20,000 nucleotides of DNA from an uncultured virus (IMG/VR IMGVR_UViG_3300034759_000219). Its lineage: Duplodnaviria > Heunggongvirae > Uroviricota > Caudoviricetes. Location: the IMG/VR virus record IMGVR_UViG_3300034759_000219; one strand, given 5' to 3'. The notes under the pieces were generated by a model. The model made no database searches, was not told the DNA's origin, and was given only the letters and a program-made list of their open reading frames with translations. Position 1 is the stretch's first letter, and each line of letters opens with the position of its first letter. The translations under genes and the position numbers were made by a program. This document shows, piece by piece, positions 11,474 through 20,000 of this stretch.

Positions 11474-12613
11474 TTGCGACACGTCACGCCACACGAGTTG
11501 GTAGGGGCAGTTAGAAATATTGTTGTTGACAATTAGCTTACTTTAAACATCAATTCTGGTGCAGATTAGTGCCAATTATAGTGCGTATACTGCTCGGTAC
11601 GGCCGTTTAACACGCATGACTTTCGAGAAATGACCAAGCCTGAGTTAAGAATATAGCTCGAATTTGCTGGCAGTGTACTTGGTGATAAGCTAAAGCATAT
11701 ACATTTCTTTGGGCGGGAACCATTAATGTCACCGACAATAATTGAAGAAGCGCGTAGGCTTATGCCCAATGTCACCATAACGATAACAACAAACGGTGTT
11801 GCACTCTAGCAGGATAAGCAGTTGTAGAAAATGCTAAAGCGAATCAACGCAGTTGTAACTATACTATCGATTGACGGACCATACCACAATTCACATAGGC
11901 CTACAAGAACTGGAGAAAATTCACTAGATCTAGCAATACAAGCCTGGGAACAACTTGATGATTATAAATTTACGCGCACATCCGTCAGGTCGACATACCT
12001 ACCAGGCGAGAGCCTTGTCGACTATTTCAAATTCTAGCAAGATGTTTTACATGGCTAGAGAATTACGCCAATGCCAGATATACACACAAGTATGTTCGAT
12101 AGCAAAGACGTCGAGGAGAAGGTTCGCGAGCTAGCAGATTATTTTGGCAACCAGGATCCACCATCTGAGTCGTACAAGGGATACCTGTATGAACTTGAAG
12201 GCAAGAGGCGAAAGAGACGTGCGTTTTGTATTGTAGGCATGTTTGCGATTGGACCAGGGCTGGATGTATATACCTGTCATCATTAGCCGGATGATGTCAA
12301 AATAGCCAATATAGCGCAAGGAATTGTGTACGACGAAAACATAAAATTTGTACTAAATGCGCGCAGCATGTCTGTTGACACAGTTGAAAAATGTCTAACA
12401 TGTCACAACAGACAATTTTGCCCAACCATAGGGACGTGCTCAATGTAGTTTCTTAAGGCTGGTAACATTATGGAACCAAATGACAGCTTCTGCGAGTTTT
12501 CCAAGGGATTCTAGCATGGATGTTTCTACTGGTTATCGCTACGCACGAGAAGTAAACTGCTTGACGCTTTGAACAAGATAGGAGGAGATGCATATGAAAA
12601 TACAGTTTCTTGA
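11474..12613 (+). CDS. Radical SAM enzyme with C-terminal SPASM domain, ~379 aa
   Basis: SD AAGGAGG 11460-11466 and TTG start. CxxxCxxC is CQL*CVYC (11570-11593). Also FFGREPL, ITTNG and LSIDG..HNSHR. SPASM cysteines in C..FAIGPGLDVYTCH, CLTCHNRQFCPTIGTC and FC. Joins three track fragments via TAG. Confidence 0.92.
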
Positions 12614-12884
12614 TGAAAATAATAGCGTTTTGTACGAGACGGATGGGGTATATGCAGCCAAAAGGCTTGTGTATGATCACGAGGAATTTGCATGGGTTGA
12701 ACATATCTAGATCAGATGCTAGGTTGATTACGACCAATTAAAAAACCTCATACAGCCAGTAAAGAAAGTAAAGATCATAAGCAGCACGGGCAGCATTGAG
12801 TACGACATCACTGTGAGTACCAAGGCAACAATCGCAAGGAGTGCTTCAGATAGTACAAAAACCATGATTGTGATCCAGCAATAA
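12594..12884 (+). CDS. Small hypothetical protein, 96 aa (probable paralog of the next gene)
   Basis: SD AGGAGGAG. Begins MKIQFLDENNSVLYETDGVYAAKRLV, has 2 TAG, ends at TAA 12882-12884. Confidence 0.75.
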
Positions 12885-12900
12885 TGTTAGGAGGGATCCA

Positions 12901-13203
12901 ATGCTGAAGATCATACTTACCGATGCAAACGGTACGCAAGTTGGAGAATTTGAAGTACTAAGGTAGAAAAGGGTTATAACCAAGGGCTAGGCAAACTATG
13001 TAGACCAGCTTATCTGCCAGTTGCGATAGTCATTTGAACAAGTTGCTTAGTGTATACCGATTGCACGAGGCGCCTAGATATACGCAGATGATGTCGCACT
13101 ACTTGAAACGTCCATGTCGACAGAAAAAGGCGTTGGTGTTTCGGAAGATATTACCACACAAGGTACAGTGACACTAGACATAGTCATGGATGTTATCAGT
13201 TAA
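12901..13203 (+). CDS. Small hypothetical protein, 100 aa (probable paralog of the previous gene)
   Basis: SD AGGAGGG. Begins MLKIILTDANGTQVGEFEVLR*KRVI, ends at TAA 13201-13203. Confidence 0.75.
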
Positions 13204-13258
13204 TTGTTAAGTTTCACTTGTAACCTTTTGTGTGGCACAGCTAAGGAGCTGAAAGATA

Positions 13259-13489
13259 ATGTATTAGTTAGCCAACGGTAGTAGTACGGTATACAATGTA
13301 ACCGCCTGTTCAGATGACTTATCACAACTGCACGTGAAAGACCTGGCATCTTCATACAAACAGTTGATAGGAAAATGTCTAAGCTTATATTCAGAAGACG
13401 GTGTGCTTGCCTGCACGGTTGATCTGAAAAATATTGAGATACTTATGGATATAGGCTCACAAGACGGCATAATCATAATAAACAGGTGA
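13259..13489 (+). CDS. Small hypothetical protein, 76 aa
   Basis: SD AAGGAG. Begins MY*LANGSSTVYNV, ends at TGA 13487-13489. Confidence 0.6.
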
Positions 13490-13493
13490 ATTA

Positions 13494-15413
13494 ATGCCAT
13501 TACCGTATTGGATTGAGCATGACCAAAATGACAATGCAACTGGATACGTCTATGTAAAAGTGCCATCTATACCAGCTAACTAGCAAACTGCTATAACAGC
13601 TAGTTTAGATGCATCGTGCCAACCTGATGGCTCTAACACGTTTGTACTATTTGACGACTTTTTGTAGACTATCAATACTAATGTATATGACGTGTTTACT
13701 GGTCCGAATGCTCAATAGACAATAGAAAATGGCAAGTTAAAGCTCGTATGTAATAACTCAGTGCATACAGGCGCAACACTGATATCAAAGCAGTAGTTTC
13801 CAGACCAATAGTACATCCTAGAGTTTCTAGGTTGCGTTGTAAGTTAGTACAATGGTGGTGCCCCAACACTAAACATTGGCTTTACAAACAAGTCTCAGTA
13901 TGACAGCTCATACTATTTCAGATATGCGCCAATCGCAGCATAGGAAATATACGAGTATACATCCTATAATAGAGTTATGGTATCTGTATTCAATGACCAA
14001 TGGGAGTCTGGCTCATTGTCCCAGTATGAAACGATCATAAACAAATGGGCCCGAGTTGTATAGTCTATATCGTTTACACAGAAAAAGACTATAGGTACAT
14101 TCAAATGGGGCAACTCATTAGCTACGGTAACATCCCCTGTCGGACAGTAGCTAGACGGGTCGAAGTATTTTCAAATCAACTTTGGAGAGTATCAGAGCAA
14201 CAAAATAGCCTATCTTGATTGGTTCGCTTTGAGAAAATACGCAGATGTAGAGCCAACTGTGTCTGTACAACAGGTCGGGCAGATGTATGTCATAACTATT
14301 ACAAATCCAAACTAGTACTAGCTCAGTGACTACCAAATTAAGATACCAATCTCGTAGTTGTCTGTTACATCACCATCCACAGGAATTAGGTTTGACACAA
14401 ACCTAAGGCAAATAACTATTCAGACGGTTAGAAAGCTGGTATAGCAGAATGGCTACACAGCATCTACACGTAGAGTGTAGACTGGATTGATATCACAACC
14501 AGTGCCTCTTTCAACTAAGGTCGTCGGCCTAAACAGTGCAAGTATTGTGAATATGGCTATACCAGCATCTACATAGATCAAATACTCAGGCAACACATCG
14601 CAGTCTGGATTTTCAGTATCTACAATCATAGGTAGCGAAGTCATTGGCGTACCGCCTGCTGTACAACCGTACTTGTACTATCCACTCACGAGCGACTTTT
14701 TAAACTACGGTACATAGGGTTCAGCGTGGGATCCAAACTAGGTGTTTAATGTCAGTATATCCGCTACAGGCTATTCTTCTATACAAACATAGTAGAATTT
14801 TAATGGTACCAACTCGAGGATAAGAGTACGTACATACGAGTCTTTGGATACGATATACAAAAATAGAAGCTGGTCAATTTCACTTTGGCTTTCCTAGCGC
14901 CAACTGGCTGGTACAGTGTACAACTATGGCTATGGTGGTTCATCAGTCAGCTCGACAAGCGAAGCTACAGGCCATACACTTAGGATAATCAACTACAACA
15001 ACACTCCAATTCTTTAGATTGTAGCTTTTTAGGCAGGACAAACAAACGAGACATCCACGTATTTTGACGGCTTTAAGTATATAAGCAAGAGTGGGTATGT
15101 AAGGATATACGGTGTAGTTATAAACGCGAATGTACTAAACCATGTGGTTCTAACCTATAACAACAGTACGAAAAGGCTTTGTATGTATCTGAACTCGAAC
15201 CTTGTACATGACAACGTCGAGTTCACAAACCCGATGTACTGGAACCAGTATGACAAAGAGCCGTTCACTATAGGATAGCACACATACGACGATGGAGGCT
15301 CTGAAGGTCCGCCAAGCAACTTCTTCGATGGGTTCATATAGCACTTTATGTACTATACAGATACCGTATTAACACAGGACAATGTTAACTTCTTGTACAA
15401 TATGCGCACTTAA
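13494..15413 (+). CDS. DUF2341-like plus LamG/ConA-like domain protein, 639 aa (putative receptor- or glycan-binding tail appendage)
   Basis: DUF2341-type motifs MPLPYWIE..YVKVPSIPAN..DGSNTFVLFDDF, YLDWFALRKYADVEPTVS and ITITNPN*Y*LSDYQIKI..GIRF. LamG motifs YYPL, **NFNGTNSRI, WSISLW, NHVVLTYN, MYLNS, FTIG*, FFDGFI and LTQDNVNFLYN. Ends at TAA 15411-15413. Confidence 0.85.
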
Positions 15414-15457
15414 TTTAAGCTTTTGCGTCTTGAGTATTATACACACGAGGTGATGTT

Positions 15458-16198
15458 ATGGCAAAGGTACCAAGTGTTGTTATAGCTACTCCAGCATATG
15501 GAAACATGGTACATGTGAATTATCTGCACACAATCTTTTCACTTCAACAGCGCCGTGATATCAGGATAACACTGCTTACAATTGGAAATGAGTCGCTAAT
15601 TACAAGAGCACGAAATAACCTTTTAAGCATGTACTACCACCATTTTTAGGATTGGGATTATTTGTTGTTCTTAGATGCAGATATTGGTGTAGATGCGTCT
15701 GGAATAGTTACAATGGCAAATCGCAGGTTAGATATGTGTTGTGCACCTTATAGGCTTAAAAACCCAGCTGTTGTACAACTTGCTGTGACTAAGGTTATAG
15801 ACGACTCGACCTTCCCACTTGTAGAAGTTGAACATGCCGCAACTGGTGTCATGATGCTCAGCAGAAAACTAGTTGAAGATGTTGTTAGTTATGCCAAGAA
15901 GAACAATTTGTACTATCCAGATCCAATGTAGTATACAGAAAACAATGTAGATACAAACGTAAGACGGGACATATATGACGTGTTTCAAGTCGGGATAGAC
16001 AAGGACATAAATACATATCTGTCTGAAGATTACTGGTTTTGTAGGCTTGTAAGACAACTTGGATACAACGTGTACGTAGACATGTCAGTTGCAACAGTAC
16101 ATTCAGGCACACTTGCACTACCGTACAATATTTCCATGGCTGTCAGGCCTACGGCGCAGGAGGATGAAAGCAATGAAGACACAACTGAATCTAAGTGA
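15458..16198 (+). CDS. GT-A fold glycosyltransferase-like protein, 246 aa
   Basis: SD GAGGTGA. Motifs VVIATPAYG, ESLITRARN, DYLLFLDADI (DxD), ATGVMMLSR, YLSEDYWFCR and VHSG. Three same-frame track ORFs are joined by 2 TAG. Confidence 0.85.
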
Positions 16199-16703
16199 TA
16201 ATGTATGTGTAGCTTAGCCTACACAGTCGAATGACTCAGTCCGTATAGTAGGGCATGTATGTGTATATTAGCAAGACAAACACGGCAATGTCAGAGTCGT
16301 TGCTGAAAGCGACAACACAATTACACAAGCAGGTAAGCAGATGATATACCAATTTTTACAATCAACATCAAGCCAATAGGTGGCATAGAACATAAACTAC
16401 ATAGCAGTTGGTACAGATAATACACAACCGTCTTAGTCTAATACCAAGCTATACAACGAAATAGGCAGGAAACAGATTCTGTCCAGGTACATAGGCGATA
16501 CAGTCGCAAAGTTTTCAGTCTAGTTTGAAATGAATGAATAGAACCCACCTGCAGGTCAGGCTATTACGGAAGCTGGGCTGTTTTAGAACGGTACAGCTCA
16601 ACCTGATACTGGTACATTATTTGCCAGGGTCCTGTTTTAGCCTGCAATATTGAAACAAGAAGACGAGATGCTTGTTGTAGTCTGGACGGTATCTATCACT
16701 TGA
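16173..16703 (+). CDS. Tail-collar/baseplate fibre-attachment-like protein, 176 aa
   Basis: SD AGGAGG. Motifs NTITQAG, YIAVGTDNTQPS*SNTKLYNEIGRK, FEMNE*N, ITEAGLF, GTLFARVLF and K...LVVVWTVSI. Ends at TGA 16701-16703. Confidence 0.8.
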
Positions 16704-16866
16704 CAAATTTAGATGTTACATTTGCCCCGCAGTATACGCCAAATAGAGCTATGACTGCGTGGGCAAAATTGTCATTGTCTATGCAATTGAGCACACGCAG
16801 TACAAACATGCCTGCGATCAGTATCTAAGCTAATATGAACTTTCTGCTTTTGAATTTTTCCTCCAT
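16696..16866 (-). CDS. Putative holin, 56 aa, 2 TM segments
   Basis: SD GAGGTGA. MEEKFKSRKFILA*ILIAGMFVLRVLNCIDNDNFAHAVIALFGVYCGANVTSKFVK has the SRKF...Y.G.N pattern of small phage holins. Confidence 0.75.
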
Positions 16867-16871
16867 ACAAC

Positions 16872-17243
16872 TCACCTCGTGACAAACAAAAGTACAACTC
16901 CGCCAATTGCTATAGCTGCTACTACAGCAAATGCGGTCTATGAGTTTTGCTATGTTTGAAGTTTCTTTTCCAACTCTGTCACTTTTGACTCGTATGCGGA
17001 TAGTGCACTCTTATAGTTTTCAATTTGCTGTTTGAGGTTCTATGTGAGTTGTTCAAGCGTCTGAATTTGCATCTTGTAGTTTTGGTTTAGCTATTCGATT
17101 TTAGCTATATATTCAGCAAGCTGTATGACAGCTTGTTCTTCCAAATAATACCTGCCATCTTCGCTTTTGGTAATTATCTTGTACTCTTGTGTAAAAGCAC
17201 ATATTGCGCATAAGATTAGCAGGATTGTCAATATCTTTTTCAA
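16872..17243 (-). CDS. Signal peptide, coiled coil and C-terminal TM protein, 123 aa (spanin-like)
   Basis: SD GAGGTGG and TTG start. MKKILTILLILCAICAFTQE, then a heptad-rich middle, then AFAVVAAIAIGGVVLLFVTR. Adjacent to the holin. Confidence 0.65.
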
Positions 17244-17253
17244 GCCAGCCACC

Positions 17254-17514
17254 TCACTTTTTAAAGAGCTTGTTTATATAATCTGCTGCATCTTGCTAAT
17301 TATCGAATTTCTTTTGAGACTGAATTTGCTGTTCTTGCTTCTTAAGTTCTTGAAGTTTTTGCTCAAGTTCGGCTTGTTCTTGTTCAAGTTGCTTGTTCTA
17401 GTCTAAGCTCGGCTTTGGCTTGTGTGATTTAAGTGTGGTACCTAATACAAACGCAGCAATCGCCAAAATTAGCCACCAAAACTTTTTGAGAAACTCTACA
17501 ATCTTTTTCCACAT
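17254..17514 (-). CDS. N-terminal TM plus coiled-coil protein, 86 aa (i-spanin-like)
   Basis: MWKKIVEFLKKFWWLILAIAAFVLGTT followed by QLEQEQAELEQKLQELKKQEQQ. Has 2 TAG and a TGA stop. Confidence 0.65.
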
Positions 17515-17516
17515 AG

Positions 17517-18749
17517 TTATCGCCTCTTTGATAGTATTATCCTTACATCTGCTAGACTAACGTTGTGTATGGAACTAGCTGCATATTCCACGTACGGCAG
17601 TACGGTCTTCTTTTGTGAGTCTACGTCCCACATGTACATAAACCTGTCAGGTTCTCTGGTAAATGGTTTACCTGTAAGCATGAATAATGGCACGATGATC
17701 CTATCAGATGGGCATATATACCACAAAAACATTACAAGCTAATCTACGCAAGATGCACGTAAATTGCCATATTCTGTATACTGAAGTGGTATCGTACCTT
17801 CACCATACTGGACATTGCCAGCTTGACCTAAGAATGTAGAATCGAGGTATTTTATGATATCTGTTAGTTTTTGCTTTGTATCGGACGCCTATACCTGTTT
17901 CATAGTGTCTGTATCCGTTGAAGACAGCTAAGCAACTAGGTAGTCATACTAGGTCTATCGACTTATACCTAAGTCTTTTTCAATCCCGCCATACACGCCA
18001 CCTATTGTATCGTTTAGAGATAGAAAGCCACACTAGTTAAATTGGTAATTGTAGCTTTGTGTTAACTACGCAAATCTATCCAAGTCTTTGCACTTGATGT
18101 ATATATTTCCTTTTGTCATTGGCTAAATACTGTAACATATAGCAAGCCAGCTTGGCGTACCTGTACTGTCTAACTAATATGGATATCTTGTGACTTGTAG
18201 CATGCGCGTATATACCGCATGCTAATATTCAAATGCTGGCTTGAATGTAATACTTGGATTCTGCACTAGTACAAGCTAAAGGCTGAACTATTCCTAGTTG
18301 ATGTTATACCCTTCCAACATATTGAAAAGTTCAATCTAATAGTACAGTTCTTCTGTTGTTAAAGCTTGTTTCCACTAAGCATCTGCAAGCTTGTCATTTA
18401 CTACAGTCTAGCCTGTATTGCTGAGTGGAATATACGTAATCCCGTCTAATGCGATCTAATCATCTGCATGCTTCTTGTTTGTAAATGTCCCGTACATGAA
18501 CGAGTCGTACTAGCCGGTTTTCTTAAATGCGAAGTAATCATCACAGACTTCACATGGTTTCTTCTTTTGTTCTAAGATCTGTGCAAGTGAGCTTGAATTG
18601 TCATACTGCCTTGAATTTATATAGTCATCTCGCTATTTGACATACTCATCGTACTATGGCAGTCTTGAGTATGACTATACAAACTTCTATGTGAACATGA
18701 CATACAAGCTTAATGGCATTGAATTTTGAGCTGTCTTTATAAGCTACAT
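17517..18749 (-). CDS. Hypothetical protein, 410 aa (probably structural)
   Basis: TAATG overlap with the upstream gene. Begins M*LIKTAQ, is open apart from TAG until TAA 17517-17519, and includes track ORF 17517-17732. Confidence 0.7.
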
Positions 18750-19135
18750 TAGACCTAACCCCAGTCACCACTAAGTGATGGTATTATAACTAAGCTCAGC
18801 TTCTCACCTGTAAAAGACACGCCAGTTGGAGGTTGTACCTTTAAGTAGAAGTCGACAGATTCGCCTTCCTATAAGCCTTCGCAAATTTGTATATAGCTCT
18901 TATGTCCACATACTCTTGTAAAGGTTACATTGTCTAAGCTCATATAGACCATCGAAGTGTCAGATGAGCCGTCTTCAAATAAATCCCCACCAAATGGGAT
19001 CGATTTGAGATACATGGAACTGTCAAAGCATGTAGCTACAGTTCGGCCTATGTCTGTATTCTACGTTACAGTGATCTTAAACAATGTATCACTAAGTCTT
19101 GTAGCCTGTACGTTTACTAGCTAGAGCTCGGTCAT
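18749..19135 (-). CDS. Hypothetical beta-rich protein, 128 aa, similar to the C-terminal domain of the upstream gene
   Basis: SD GAGGTGGTG and TAATG overlap. MTEL*LVNVQATRL...GL*EGESVDFYLKVQPP. Confidence 0.7.
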
Positions 19136-20000
19136 TACACCACCTCAAAGTCTATGTATAGTGGTATACCTGTAATAGGTAATATATCGGCTGGCTAGTT
19201 TACTTTTATGTATATGTCGACACTACTGCCGTTATTGAGCGTATCTTGCTTGACTGTAACGTACTGCTCACCTACAATCTTGAACAGTGTATCAAATGAT
19301 GTACCAACTTCAATTCGTGCAGTGTCTTGCGATATAGCCTGGTTGGATATTCCAAACATGCGCCTTGCTAAGTTATGTTCGCTGTCGTATGGATCGTTTT
19401 CAAACCCTAACCTGATGTTCATGATATCAGACCCAGTACTGTTTACCAATGAAAGTTTGTACAGCTTTGACTCTTGCGGGAACAGTGCAATTGTGTCAAG
19501 TTGGCTTTCAAATCCATCTTGTAATAGCCTTATGAACCCTATGTACTTTATGTCCAGTAGCTCCGTATATATAGGCTATAATGCCCATATGTCCCTTACC
19601 ACTTGCAAATTAAGCTAGTTATATAATCCAACTCGTCGTATAGCCTGTGCCTGAACGTATCTGTACTAGTACGTTGTTCTTACAGATTGGCTTGTACTGG
19701 TATGCGATTTGGTTATGCTACGTACAAGTTGTAAAATTGGGAATCCGCCATCTTGTACAACCCTCTGTGTCTGAAACAGTTCTTGTACAAAGCCATAGTA
19801 GTCTCTTAATGTTTGAGACACGTAGCTTGCTAGTATTACAGTGCTCCTACTAGTTTGTAAACTCAATTCATCTGGCAAAATAGGCTTTCTGGATGTCTAT
19901 GTTATATATTCGATTAGAGATATCAACTCACGAGTAGTTTGTAAACTCAATTCATATTCAATTAGATATATCAACTCACGAGTAGTTTGGACAAGGCGTG
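19135..20000 (-). CDS. Repeat-containing (QTxR, ~14-16 aa period) fibre-like protein, 5'-truncated
   Basis: One frame joins track ORFs 19666-19878 and 19195-19449 via TAG and is open to the window edge. Ends PLYIDFEVV, then TAA 19135-19137. Confidence 0.7.
19906..19989. repeat. 48-bp-period imperfect tandem repeat (coding; QTTRELI[YS]LIEY), with a partial third copy at 19851-19871
   Basis: TATCAACTCACGAGTAGTTTG occurs at 19921 and 19969. TAGTTTGTAAACTCAATTCAT occurs at 19851 and 19935. Confidence 0.85.

Noticed and set aside
13204..13258. Suppressor tRNA, terminator or promoter in intergenic gaps (also 11440-11473 and 15414-15457)
   Set aside because: The gaps are 55 nt or shorter, too short for a tRNA. 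I saw no convincing hairpin with U-tract and no correctly spaced -35/-10 pair. The recoding machinery must lie outside this window.
1039..15344. Minus-strand track ORFs under the + operon (e.g. 7388-7732, 10382-10642, 13264-13566)
   Set aside because: They are antisense shadows of long + strand genes with no recognisable motifs.
17167..19853. Plus-strand track ORFs 17167-17406, 19208-19618 and 19647-19853
   Set aside because: They are shadows of minus-strand genes. The Leu-rich 17167 ORF simply mirrors the Q/E/K coiled coil on the other strand.
19851..19989. CRISPR array
   Set aside because: The repeat units are contiguous and in frame within a CDS, with no unique spacers and no cas genes.
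1..20000. Decayed prophage or pseudogenes
   Set aside because: Interruptions are exclusively TAG, reading frames stay intact over kilobases, motifs are conserved, and genes abut with SD motifs and start/stop overlaps. Random decay would also produce TAA, TGA and indels.

Overview
The window is part of the virion-morphogenesis region of a contractile-tailed (myovirus-like) phage, covering baseplate, tail-fibre and lysis genes. The standard-code ORF track gives only fragments because TAG is used as a sense codon. Reading through TAG gives 24 tightly packed genes: 18 on + from <1 to 16703 and 6 on - from >20000 down to 16696. All end in TGA (16) or TAA (8), most have clear Shine-Dalgarno motifs, and several share ATGA/GTGA/TGATG/TAATG overlaps. 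Main result: in-frame TAGs fall at positions where conserved motifs and internal repeats call for alanine, not the glutamine of known code-15 phages. Examples are tail-fibre T*AQ*TKL*T*HTINGVGFDG, baseplate J TS**LRL**MSVPGV*D*RV, E*N, M*YTP and CxGC[DE]*Y. This points to a TAG->Ala genetic code that I do not know from any phage or prokaryote. Second result: inside the tail-fibre module, a protein ending in a Cys-rich CxxC[DE] repeat domain lies directly upstream of a radical SAM/SPASM gene, resembling a ranthipeptide-type modification system. The window also has an apparently circularly permuted DUF2341 domain fused to LamG, a glycosyltransferase, and a holin/spanin-like cassette. All translations, counts and family calls were made by eye without database searches. 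'*' marks an in-frame TAG.
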